A stretch of 37,805 bases of DNA from an uncultured Muribaculaceae bacterium (GTDB lineage: Bacteria > Bacillota_I > Bacilli_A > RF39 > UBA660): assembly GCA_964605575.1 (NCBI GenBank), contig CAZSDG010000003.1, forward strand, positions 1-37,805, in the 5' to 3' direction. Below are positions 1 to 8,528 of the stretch, one piece after another (within the stretch, counting starts at the first letter, position 1; each line of letters begins with the position of its first letter). A program made the translations under genes and the position numbers. The notes under the pieces are model-generated. The model searched no databases, was not told where the DNA came from, and saw nothing but the letters and a program-made list of their open reading frames with translations.

Positions 1-1
1 T

Positions 2-1699
2 TATGCTTATTTTGTTCCAATAATAATTGGTAATGATACAGCAAGTAATCATAATACTAAAGCAGGTACATTAAAATTAACCTATAATGGAACTAATGTT
101 TTAAATTTAAATAATGCTTCTCCAGGAGATAGCTCTAGCACAACGTTTACAGTAACTAATTCTGGTACATTAAAAGTGGATAATTATGAAATTTATTTCT
201 CTAAATTAATAAATACATTTATTAATAATGAAGTTGTTTATACATTAACGTGTTTAAGTAGTGATACAAACCCATGTTTAAATAAAGAACAAAGTCCAGT
301 TCCGACTACAGAAAGTTTATCCTTAACTCAAAGTAGCATTGCCCCAGGAACAACTCACACTTATACATTAACAGTAACATTTATTAATAAAGATGAACCA
401 CAAAACTATAATCAAGGCAAAGCATTAAAATTTACAATGACAATTAATAAATTAGAAGAGATTCCACCATCAACATTAATAGCAAGACAAGGTTATAATT
501 CAACTGAATTGTTTTGGAGTCAAGCAAGTAATATAACAGAAATAACATTTGATAGTACAATAAACATACCAGATGTAGCAACCTATTGGGATGTATCAGT
601 AAATCAGGATGAAAGTATAATTGCTTATATAATAGATGATGGTTTAGGAACAAATACTTATAAATTATACATTCAAAGTGACGGAGCAATATATGCTAAT
701 CCAAATAGCAGTAATTTATTTCGAAACTTTACAAATGTAAAAGCAATTAATAATTTAATTGTACTAAATACCAGTAACGTAATCTCTATGTCCTATATGT
801 TTTCTGGCTGTAGCGGCCTCACTAGCCTAGATTTAAGCAGCTTCAATACAAACAATGTCACCTATATGTCCTTAATGTTTCAAGGTTGTAGCGTTCTTTC
901 CAGCCTAAACCTAAGTACATTTGACACAAGCAAAGTAACCGATATGTCCTCTATGTTTTCTGCCTGTAGTGTCCTAACAAGTCTAGATTTAAGCAATTTT
1001 GATACAAGCCAAGTAACCAATATGCAGTATATGTTTATAGGTTGTAGCGGTCTAACAAGTCTAGATTTAAGTTCTTTCAATACAAGTCAAGTAACCACAA
1101 TGTACTCAATGTTTCAGGTCTGTAGCAGTCTCACGACCTTAAATTTAAGCAATTTTGATACAAGCCAAGTAACCAATATGCAGTATATGTTTCAAGCTTG
1201 TAGCGGTCTCACAAGTCTAGATTTAAACTCCTTAAATACAAGCCAAGTAATCACAATGTACTCAATGTTTAATGGGTGTAGTGTCCTAACAAGTCTAGAT
1301 TTAAGCAATTTTGATACAAGCCAAGTAACCAATATGCAGTATATGTTTTTTCGCTGTTTAGGCCTAACAAGTCTAGATTTAAGTTCCTTCAATACAAGCC
1401 AAGTAACCAACATGTCCTATATGTTTTCAGTTTGTAGCGGTCTGACCAGCCTAGACTTAAGTACATTTAATACGAGCAAAGTAACCAACATGTTTTATAT
1501 GTTTTCAGGTTGTAGTGGTCTCGCCAATTTAAACCTGCGCAATATGGATTTCAGCACAGTAACATCATATAATTATATGTTTACCAATATAACCAATGGA
1601 ATAAATATAATAGTAAAAGATGCTGCATCTCAAACATTTATTAATAATAGATTAAGTGAAGCAAGTAAAACAGGTAATGTAACAATCTATGTACCCTAG
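2..1699 (+). CDS. 5'-truncated secreted/surface protein: TasA/camelysin-like domain followed by about 11 BspA-type (DUF285-like) leucine-rich repeats
   Basis: The frame of the listed 176..1699 ORF stays open back to the window edge (YAYFVPIIIGNDTASNHNTKAGTLKLTYNGTNVLNLNNASPGDSSSTTFTVTNSGTL...), so the GTG at 176 is internal. The N-terminal part resembles B. subtilis TasA (GTLDL...NLKPGD...F.F.N.GSL, and NYNQGKALKFTMTI vs KYQGNSIKLQFSFE). The C-terminal part is 26-aa repeats LTSLDLSxFxTSxVTxMxxMFxGCSG. There is no LPXTG motif at the C-terminus. Confidence 0.85.
   Translation, partial: YAYFVPIIIGNDTASNHNTKAGTLKLTYNGTNVLNLNNASPGDSSSTTFTVTNSGTLKVDNYEIYFSKLINTFINNEVVYTLTCLSSDTNPCLNKEQSPVPTTESLSLTQSSIAPGTTHTYTLTVTFINKDEPQNYNQGKALKFTMTINKLEEIPPSTLIARQGYNSTELFWSQASNITEITFDSTINIPDVATYWDVSVNQDESIIAYIIDDGLGTNTYKLYIQSDGAIYANPNSSNLFRNFTNVKAINNLIVLNTSNVISMSYMFSGCSGLTSLDLSSFNTNNVTYMSLMFQGCSVLSSLNLSTFDTSKVTDMSSMFSACSVLTSLDLSNFDTSQVTNMQYMFIGCSGLTSLDLSSFNTSQVTTMYSMFQVCSSLTTLNLSNFDTSQVTNMQYMFQACSGLTSLDLNSLNTSQVITMYSMFNGCSVLTSLDLSNFDTSQVTNMQYMFFRCLGLTSLDLSSFNTSQVTNMSYMFSVCSGLTSLDLSTFNTSKVTNMFYMFSGCSGLANLNLRNMDFSTVTSYNYMFTNITNGINIIVKDAASQTFINNRLSEASKTGNVTIYVP
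764..1582 (+). repeat. Tandem 78-bp (26-codon) coding repeats with a 156-bp higher-order periodicity
   Basis: About 11 units. The 49-bp string tttaagcaattttgatacaagccaagtaaccaatatgcagtatatgttt occurs exactly at 988, 1144 and 1300. The 72-bp block 965..1036 is identical to 1277..1348. Confidence 0.95.
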
Positions 1700-1728
1700 T
1701 TCTTACATTAATATTATTTAACTAAAAG

Positions 1729-1757
1729 ACTAACTGATTAAGTAAGTTAGTTTTTTT
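1729..1757 (+). terminator. Rho-independent terminator after the LRR gene
   Basis: Stem actaact / agttagt with a 9-nt loop, followed by a T7 run. Confidence 0.55.
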
Positions 1758-1829
1758 AATAATATTTATTAATCTAATAAACTATAAAATAACTAAGAAA
1801 TATTGTATAATATGGGTAGGGTGATAGCA

Positions 1830-2912
1830 ATGAGAATAATCATCAGTGCTGGAGGAACAGGTGGGCATATATATCCTGCCTTAGCCATAATTAAAAAACT
1901 CCAAGAAAAGGATAAAAAACTAGAATTACTATATATTGGAACTCATAATCGGATGGAAAAGGATATTATTCCTAAGTTTGGTATTCCTTATGAAGAAATA
2001 GAAGTATATGGTTTAAGTAAAAAGAATCTGTTTAGAAATATTAAAAATGTGTTTCTTTTACATAAGTCTTATCGAAAATGTCTTCAAATAATGAAAAAAT
2101 TTAAACCTGATGTTGTAGTTGGCGTTGGTGGTTATGTAACTTATCCAGTTATTAAAGCTGCGAAAAGGTTAGGAATTAAAATATTTATTCATGAACAAAA
2201 CTCAATTCCTGGCAAAACAAATATAGCCTTAAGTAAATATGCAGATATTATTGGAGTTTCTTTTAAGAAGTCGATAACTTATTTTAAAGATCAAACTAAA
2301 GTTGTTGAAACAGGTAATCCTTGTGGAGAAAGAGCCTTAAGTTTAAAAGCAATGTCAAAGGTAAAATTAGGCTTTACTAAAACTAAGAAATTAGTGGTTA
2401 TTGTTTCTGGTAGTTTAGGTAGCCAAACAGTTAATACAAAAATGAAAAGCTTTTTAAGAAATGTTGCTCATGAAAAATATGAAATATTATATATTACTGG
2501 TTCAAATTATTATGATGAATTCATTAGTGGTGAAGAATTCCCAAATAATGTTAAAGTTATGCCCTTTATTGATAATTTAGCAGCTTTACTTAAACAAACT
2601 GATCTTTTGGTAACAAGAGCAGGGGCTTCAACTATTAGTGAAATAATTGCTTTAAAAATACCTTCTATTCTTATCCCTAGTCCATATGTAGCGAATAACC
2701 ATCAATATTATAATGCCTTAGAAATTCAAAACGCAGATGCTGGAGTATTAATTATTGAAAAAGATTTAGAAGCAAATATTTTAAAAAAAGAAATAAATAA
2801 TATTTTGTATAATCCTAAAAGGCAAAAAGAAATAATTAATAATTTAAGTAATTTAGCTAAATATAATAGTAGTGAAGTAATATATGAAATAATAAAGGAG
2901 TTGGCAAAATGA
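1830..2912 (+). CDS. murG: UDP-N-acetylglucosamine--N-acetylmuramyl-(pentapeptide) pyrophosphoryl-undecaprenol GlcNAc transferase
   Basis: MRIIISAGGTGGHIYPALAI N-terminus and TRAGASTISE motif. ATG 1830 is preferred over the listed TTG 1803 because it matches the conserved N-terminus and has a G-rich SD-like stretch upstream. Confidence 0.93.
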   Translation: MRIIISAGGTGGHIYPALAIIKKLQEKDKKLELLYIGTHNRMEKDIIPKFGIPYEEIEVYGLSKKNLFRNIKNVFLLHKSYRKCLQIMKKFKPDVVVGVGGYVTYPVIKAAKRLGIKIFIHEQNSIPGKTNIALSKYADIIGVSFKKSITYFKDQTKVVETGNPCGERALSLKAMSKVKLGFTKTKKLVVIVSGSLGSQTVNTKMKSFLRNVAHEKYEILYITGSNYYDEFISGEEFPNNVKVMPFIDNLAALLKQTDLLVTRAGASTISEIIALKIPSILIPSPYVANNHQYYNALEIQNADAGVLIIEKDLEANILKKEINNILYNPKRQKEIINNLSNLAKYNSSEVIYEIIKELAK

Positions 2913-3796
2913 AAGAAACATTAGAGCAATATGGTGATGTATTTATTGATGTGGAATTAAAAAAACATACTTCATATAAAATTGGAAAACTCGCTAAGTA
3001 TCTTGTTTTACCAGCAAATATTGATTGTTTAATTGATTTAATTGAGTATTTAAATAGCGAGAATATTCCTTATTTAGTTTTAGGATCAGGCTCAAATATT
3101 ATTATTCCTAATAAAGATTATGAAGGAGTAATAATTAAATTAGATAACCTTAATAAAATCGTTATTAAAGGAAATAAGGTTACAGTAGGAGCGGGGTATT
3201 ATTTACCTAAATTAGTTAAATATACAGTAGAAGAGGGTTTAAAAGGTTTAGAATGGGCGCTTGGTATTCCTTCTTCAATCGGTGGAGCAATTGTTGGTAA
3301 TGCTGGAGCCTATTTAAGTTCAATTTATGATTTTGTTGAAACTGTAACTTATTTAAATGAAAAATTACAAGTTGTCACGGTTTCTAAAAATAAAATAGAT
3401 TATTCTTATCGTCATTCAATGTTTAAAAATAATAAAAAACTAATAATTTTAGAATGTAAGTTAGAGCTAACTAAAGGTAATTATGACGCCTCTATGGCTG
3501 TTATTAATGATCGAATGAAAAGAAGATTAGAAAGCCAACCATTAGAATATCCTTCTGCTGGTAGTGTTTTTCGTAATCCCGAAGGTCTTTATGCAGGAAA
3601 ATTAATTGAAGATCTCGGCTTAAAAGGCCATATAATTGGTGGTGCTCAAATAAGTGAAAAACATGCAAACTTTATAATTAATATTGGTAATGCAACGGGT
3701 GATGATATCACTGCTTTAATTGATTTAATTAAAGAAAAAGTCAAAGACGCCTATGATGTTGATTTAGTTGTTGAACAAGAAATAATAAATTGGTGA
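2909..3796 (+). CDS. murB: UDP-N-acetylenolpyruvoylglucosamine reductase
   Basis: FAD-binding domain (LGSGSNII), YRHS and GSVFRNP motifs, and HANFIIN. ATGA overlap with the murG stop. SD AAGGAG upstream. Confidence 0.93.
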   Translation: MKETLEQYGDVFIDVELKKHTSYKIGKLAKYLVLPANIDCLIDLIEYLNSENIPYLVLGSGSNIIIPNKDYEGVIIKLDNLNKIVIKGNKVTVGAGYYLPKLVKYTVEEGLKGLEWALGIPSSIGGAIVGNAGAYLSSIYDFVETVTYLNEKLQVVTVSKNKIDYSYRHSMFKNNKKLIILECKLELTKGNYDASMAVINDRMKRRLESQPLEYPSAGSVFRNPEGLYAGKLIEDLGLKGHIIGGAQISEKHANFIINIGNATGDDITALIDLIKEKVKDAYDVDLVVEQEIINW

Positions 3797-3799
3797 TTT

Positions 3800-4522
3800 A
3801 TGAAAGAAAAGAACAAGAAAAAAAAGGTTCAAAAAAGATTTGGCTTTCGACGTTTAATTGTTATTATTTTAATAATATATATTATTGTTAGTTCAATTAT
3901 TCAAATAACTAAAGTGCCAATTAAACATATTTTTATTTCAGGTAATGATTTAGTAAGTGATTCTCAAATTATTAAAACAGCAAAGTTAGAAAAATATCCG
4001 CCGATATTTCTTCTTTCATTGTCTAAAACTAAAGATTTAATTTTAAAAATAGATTTAGTCAAAGATGTTAATATTATGAGAAATTATCAAGGAAAATTAA
4101 CAATAATAATTAAAGAATATAAACCACTTTTTTATAAAAAAGAAAATAATTTAGTTGTGCTTGATTCCAAAAAAGAAATTGAATTAGATAATAAACAAGG
4201 AATCCCAATGTTAATCAATTATGTACCAAATTTAGTCTATGAAGAGTTTGTTTCAGCATTTATGAAAGTAAATAAAGACATTATGGAAATGATGAATTAT
4301 ATTGAATATTCACCAAGTAAAAATGAGAAAAATGAAATTATCGATGATAAAAGATTTTTAATTCAAATGAATGATTCAAATAAGGTATATACTACACCAG
4401 AAAAGTTAGAAAATATTAATTATTACTTAGATATTTTAACTAGTTTAGAAGAAAAAAAAGGAACAATCTATTTAGATGCTGGCAATTACTTTAAACCATT
4501 TGAGGAACAAAATGAAAAATAA
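3800..4522 (+). CDS. divIB: Cell division protein DivIB/FtsQ (single TM plus POTRA)
   Basis: Basic N-terminus, TM segment LIVIILIIYIIVSSII, POTRA-like IFISGNDLVSDSQI. Position is between murB and ftsA. Confidence 0.8.
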   Translation: MKEKNKKKKVQKRFGFRRLIVIILIIYIIVSSIIQITKVPIKHIFISGNDLVSDSQIIKTAKLEKYPPIFLLSLSKTKDLILKIDLVKDVNIMRNYQGKLTIIIKEYKPLFYKKENNLVVLDSKKEIELDNKQGIPMLINYVPNLVYEEFVSAFMKVNKDIMEMMNYIEYSPSKNEKNEIIDDKRFLIQMNDSNKVYTTPEKLENINYYLDILTSLEEKKGTIYLDAGNYFKPFEEQNEK

Positions 4523-5075
4523 ATTATTATTACATAGTTGTTGTGGTCCTTGTTCAACAATTGTTATTGAACAATTAATTAAGGAATATGATGTAACTAT
4601 TTTTTATTATAACCCGAATGTTGAACCTATTGTTGAATATGAAAAAAGAAAAGAAGAACAAGTAAAATTCATTAACGAATTCAATCCAAATATAAAAATA
4701 ATAATGCAAGATTATGATAACACTGAGTATCAAGATGCAATTAAAGATTATCATAATTTAGGTGAAAAAAGTTTACGATGTTATGAATGCTATAAATTAA
4801 GGATATTTAAAACTGGAAAATTAGCTAAAGAACTTGGATTTACTCACTTTGAAACAACGCTTAGTGTTAGTCCCCACAAATTAAGTAAATGGATTTTAGA
4901 ACTCGGTTTAGAAGCTGAAAAATTATTTAAGATTAAATATTTAGCTGGCAATTATAAAAAAAATGATGGTTACAAAAAGAGTATTGAACTAGCTAAGAAG
5001 TATGATCTTTACCGTCAAGAATATTGTGGTTGTTTGATGTCGGCAAAATACTTGAATAATAGTAGTAATGTGTGA
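4512..5075 (+). CDS. queH: Epoxyqueuosine reductase QueH (DUF208 family)
   Basis: LLLHSCCGPCS, FYYNPNVEP..EY, RCYECYKLR and YRQEYCGC motifs. ATG 4512 with SD GAGGAA at 4502 is preferred over the listed 4476. It overlaps the divIB stop by 11 nt. Confidence 0.85.
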   Translation: MKNKLLLHSCCGPCSTIVIEQLIKEYDVTIFYYNPNVEPIVEYEKRKEEQVKFINEFNPNIKIIMQDYDNTEYQDAIKDYHNLGEKSLRCYECYKLRIFKTGKLAKELGFTHFETTLSVSPHKLSKWILELGLEAEKLFKIKYLAGNYKKNDGYKKSIELAKKYDLYRQEYCGCLMSAKYLNNSSNV

Positions 5076-5110
5076 TAATATTGTCATAGGATAAGGATTG
5101 AGGATTATTT

Positions 5111-6355
5111 GTGAGAAAAATAATAGCAAGCATTGATTTTGGTAGCGATACAATTAAAATTGTTGTTGGTGAGTTTATTAAAGATAAACTAACAGTTTTA
5201 GCTGCGGTTTCTCATAAATGCCAAGGGATAAAAAAAGGAATAATAATTAATCAGGAAGAAACTGCTAATTCTTTAAAAGAAGCTTTAAAAGAACTTGAAG
5301 AACGAATTGGCTTAGAAATAAAAAAAGTTATTATTAGTATTCCTTCCTATTATGCTCATTTTGAATTAGGAAGAGGATCAACAACCATAAATAGTGAAAT
5401 TGGTTATGTTAGTGGTAATGATATTGTTAGAGCAATTCAAGGAAGCGTCTATAATCAAATTCCGGATAATATGGAATTAATTAATGTTATTCCAGTTGAG
5501 TTTATAATTGATGATCAAGAAAAAGTTGCTAATCCAATGAGCATGAGTGCAACCAAATTAGGGGTAAAAACAGTTTTAGTAACAACTCCTAAGAAAAATG
5601 TTTATCCAGTTTTAAATGTTATTGAAAACGTTGGTCTTAAAGCTAGTGATATTATCTTAGGTAGTATGAGTGATTATTATGCATTTAATACCAGAGAATT
5701 AGATGAAACATCAGGAGTAGTTATTAATATTGGTCATGAAATGACTACAGTCTCAATTTTTAATAAAGGGATTATTGTTAATACAGAGGTATTAGAAATT
5801 GGTAATATAAATATAGATAATGATATATCATTTATTTACAAAGTTAATAGTAATGATGCTAGATATTTAAAAGAAAATTTAGCGCTTTCTCATGTAAGAA
5901 ATGCCGATGCTAGTGAATTTGAAGAGATGAATACAAAATTAAATGAAACTATTAAAATAAATCAATATGAAATTACTGAAATAGTAGCGTCTAGAGTTGA
6001 TGAAATTCTTAAACTTGTAAAAAAACAAATAAATCTCTTAACAAAAAAGGAAATTAGTTATATAATAATTACAGGAGGAATAACCGAATTAAGAGATTTT
6101 TCACTAAGTGTTGAAAATGTATTTGGGAAATCAGCAACAGTTGGGGTAATGAATACATTAGGCATAAGAAGTGGAATCTATAGTTGTTCCCTAGGAATGA
6201 TAAATTTCTTTAATAATAAGATGTTAATGCGTAACAAAGATTATTGCATATTCGATGAAATAGAATTAGAAGATCTAAGTGGTGAAGGTAGAAAAATCAA
6301 TATTGATAACGATTCGATATTAGGTAAAATCTTTGGCTACTTTTTTGATAATTAA
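5111..6355 (+). CDS. ftsA: Cell division protein FtsA
   Basis: Actin-like ATPase N-terminus [17 protein letters not shown] and [11 protein letters not shown] start. Lies immediately upstream of ftsZ. Confidence 0.92.
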   Translation: MRKIIASIDFGSDTIKIVVGEFIKDKLTVLAAVSHKCQGIKKGIIINQEETANSLKEALKELEERIGLEIKKVIISIPSYYAHFELGRGSTTINSEIGYVSGNDIVRAIQGSVYNQIPDNMELINVIPVEFIIDDQEKVANPMSMSATKLGVKTVLVTTPKKNVYPVLNVIENVGLKASDIILGSMSDYYAFNTRELDETSGVVINIGHEMTTVSIFNKGIIVNTEVLEIGNINIDNDISFIYKVNSNDARYLKENLALSHVRNADASEFEEMNTKLNETIKINQYEITEIVASRVDEILKLVKKQINLLTKKEISYIIITGGITELRDFSLSVENVFGKSATVGVMNTLGIRSGIYSCSLGMINFFNNKMLMRNKDYCIFDEIELEDLSGEGRKINIDNDSILGKIFGYFFDN

Positions 6356-6369
6356 GGAGAGTGAACAGT

Positions 6370-7434
6370 ATGTTTGGATTAGAAATGGATCAAATTGCAA
6401 AAATTAAAGTAATAGGTGTTGGTGGTGGAGGTTGTAATGCGGTAAACCGAATGGTTGATGCTGGTGTTAAAGGCGTTGATTTTATTGTTGCTAATACTGA
6501 TTCACAAGTATTAAATGCTAGTCGCGCTGAAGTAAAATTACAATTAGGCTCGGCAATAACTGGTGGTTTAGGCGCTGGTAATAATCCGGAAATTGGCCGT
6601 GCTTCTGCTGAAGAAAGTAAAAAGGAAATAGAAGAAGTTTTAAAAGACTCTGACATGGTTTTTGTTACTGCTGGAATGGGCGGCGGAACTGGAACAGGTG
6701 CTGCACCAATTGTTGCAGAAATAGCTCAAAGTTTAGGGGCTTTAACTGTTGGAATTGTTACTAAACCATTTCGTTTTGAAGGTAAAAAAAGAATGGAACA
6801 ATCCATTGTTGGTATTGAAGAATTAAAGAAACATGTTGATACTTTAATTGTTATTCCTAATGATCGCTTAAGAGATTTGGTTGATCGTTCAACTCCATTA
6901 TTAGAAGCATTCAAAGAAGTAGATAATGTTTTACACCGTGGTGTTCAATCAATTAGTGATTTAATTGCTGTTCCTGGTTTAATTAACCTTGACTTTGCCG
7001 ATGTTAAAGCCGTTATGGAAAAAAGAGGTAATGCTCTAATTGGTATAGGTCTGGGCGTTGGTGAAAATAGAGCAATTGAAGCTGCTAAACAAGCTGTCTT
7101 AAGTCCATTATTAGAAACATCAATTGTTGGTGCAACTGATGCGATTATTAATATTACAGGCGGTAGTAATTTAAACCTTTTTGAAGCAGAAGATGCTGCT
7201 GAAGTTGTTCGAACAGCTGCAAATAATGAAATAAATACAATCTTTGGTGCAGTAATTAATGAAAATTTAAATGATGAAGTAATAGTTACAGTTATTGCTA
7301 CTGGTTTTGATGGTGATGTGCCAACAAAAGCTGGTGATTTTGCAAATAAACCAACAAAATCGATTGATCAAGCTGAAACACTAGATAATGAATTTGATAT
7401 TCCTGCATATATTCGTGATCGTAGCGATATATAA
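6370..7434 (+). CDS. ftsZ: Cell division GTPase FtsZ
   Basis: [17 protein letters not shown], the tubulin signature [12 protein letters not shown], and NLDFADV. ATG 6370 is preferred over GTG 6361, which sits too close to the GGAG at 6356. Confidence 0.97.
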   Translation: MFGLEMDQIAKIKVIGVGGGGCNAVNRMVDAGVKGVDFIVANTDSQVLNASRAEVKLQLGSAITGGLGAGNNPEIGRASAEESKKEIEEVLKDSDMVFVTAGMGGGTGTGAAPIVAEIAQSLGALTVGIVTKPFRFEGKKRMEQSIVGIEELKKHVDTLIVIPNDRLRDLVDRSTPLLEAFKEVDNVLHRGVQSISDLIAVPGLINLDFADVKAVMEKRGNALIGIGLGVGENRAIEAAKQAVLSPLLETSIVGATDAIINITGGSNLNLFEAEDAAEVVRTAANNEINTIFGAVINENLNDEVIVTVIATGFDGDVPTKAGDFANKPTKSIDQAETLDNEFDIPAYIRDRSDI

Positions 7435-7446
7435 TAAATGATTGAA

Positions 7447-7481
7447 AAAAACAACATAACTAATGTTGTTTTTAATTTTTT
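7447..7481 (+). terminator. Rho-independent terminator after ftsZ
   Basis: Stem aaaaacaacat / atgttgttttt with loop aacta, followed by a T-rich tail. Confidence 0.75.
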
Positions 7482-7501
7482 ATAATTGTATTAACAATAA
7501 A

Positions 7502-7533
7502 TATAATTTAAAACTTATAAGTTTTAAATTATA
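7502..7533. repeat. Perfect 32-bp palindrome just upstream of a candidate promoter
   Basis: tataatttaaaactta|taagttttaaattata is perfectly self-complementary. It abuts the candidate promoter TTGCAT(7535)-17-TAGTAT of the 7588 ORF. Confidence 0.9.
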
Positions 7534-7587
7534 ATTTGCATTTTAATAATAACTAAGTTAGTATATATAGCAAGAAAAGAGGATTGT

Positions 7588-8070
7588 ATGGGCAAAACAT
7601 TTTTAGAACAATTAAATCAAGAGAGATTAGAAGCAATTAAGCGAGAAAATATTCGGTTAGAAACTATTAAAAGCGGTCTAAATAATATTGAGAATCAAAC
7701 AAATATGTTGTTTGACTATATTTGTGCCATGATTAAAAATGATTTAAATAACAATTTAGATAGAACTACATCAATTATTGATTGTCACTTTATTATTAAT
7801 AGAAATTTAATTATTGTTGGCTCAGAATTACCACATCTAACTTATAGAGTTGTCCAAATTCAACTAAATCGTGAAAATATTTACTATGATAACAATAATA
7901 TTTTTCATTTAAATCAACTAATTAGATTATTGGCAAGTAATGGCATTACCAACAGCGTTACAATTGCTGACAATGGTAATGAATATAAAATTCAAATTGC
8001 TGCCATCTTAGATAGAAAGTTAGAAAAAGAACCAAAATATACTAGAACACCTAATGAAAGACATTATTGA
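7588..8070 (+). CDS. Hypothetical protein (160 aa), no recognised family
   Basis: Clean ORF with SD AAGAGGA 6 nt upstream, its own terminator downstream, and a coiled-coil-like N-terminus. Confidence 0.65.
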   Translation: MGKTFLEQLNQERLEAIKRENIRLETIKSGLNNIENQTNMLFDYICAMIKNDLNNNLDRTTSIIDCHFIINRNLIIVGSELPHLTYRVVQIQLNRENIYYDNNNIFHLNQLIRLLASNGITNSVTIADNGNEYKIQIAAILDRKLEKEPKYTRTPNERHY

Positions 8071-8130
8071 TTATGTTAAAACTTATTCATACCTCGAAGA
8101 ATAGTATCGCTTAATATATTTAAACAATAA

Positions 8131-8157
8131 AAAACATTAGACTAAACCTAATGTTTT
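8131..8157. terminator. Bidirectional hairpin terminator between convergent genes
   Basis: aaaacattag / ctaatgtttt 10-bp stem with a 7-nt loop. A-run on one side and T-run on the other. Confidence 0.75.
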
Positions 8158-8167
8158 CTTTTGTTAA

Positions 8168-8356
8168 TTAATTATTGTCATCGTGTCTGTGGTTATCACG
8201 TCTATGATTATTGTTACGAGCTTTTTTAGCTGCACGACATTCGCCACATCTTTTAGGTTCACTTTGTAAACCTTTTTCTTTGTAAAATTCTTGTTCACCA
8301 GCAGTGAATACAAAATCTTTACCACAATCTTGACAAACTAGAGTTTTGTCTTCCAT
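8168..8356 (-). CDS. Small zinc-ribbon protein with a basic His/Arg/Asn-rich tail
   Basis: CQDCG...17 aa...CGEC four-Cys ribbon and FVFTAGEQEFYKEKG. SD AAGGAGGT directly upstream on the minus strand. Confidence 0.8.
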   Translation of the reverse strand: MEDKTLVCQDCGKDFVFTAGEQEFYKEKGLQSEPKRCGECRAAKKARNNNHRRDNHRHDDNN

Positions 8357-8528
8357 TAATGTTACCTCCTTAAATATTTAAGATTTAAATGTTAATTGGC
8401 CTAGATTAAAAGGTAACAAAATAAAATTAAATCCAATAAAAATATAGCATATATCCATAAAAAAATCAATAAATATTGTATTTAATACGTATTTAAGGTA
8501 TATTTAATCTAGAAATTGAGGTTAATTT

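Noticed and set aside
444-1413. Minus-strand ORFs 444..689, 880..1080 and 1192..1413 inside the LRR gene
   Set aside because: These are antisense shadows of a clearly coding, repeat-rich + strand frame. Their translations are low-complexity echoes of the repeat (LVRPLQ..., KSRLVR...), and none has an SD.
6390-6914. Minus-strand ORFs 6390..6656 and 6726..6914
   Set aside because: They lie antisense within ftsZ, whose + frame carries the unmistakable tubulin-signature motifs.
8357-8528. Possible T-box leader upstream of hisS
   Set aside because: The 172-nt spacer is almost pure A/T. It has no T-box consensus (AANNNGGGTGGTACCGCG-like), no specifier-loop architecture and no terminator/antiterminator pair. 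Only a plain promoter candidate (TTGTAT-17-TATATT) is visible.
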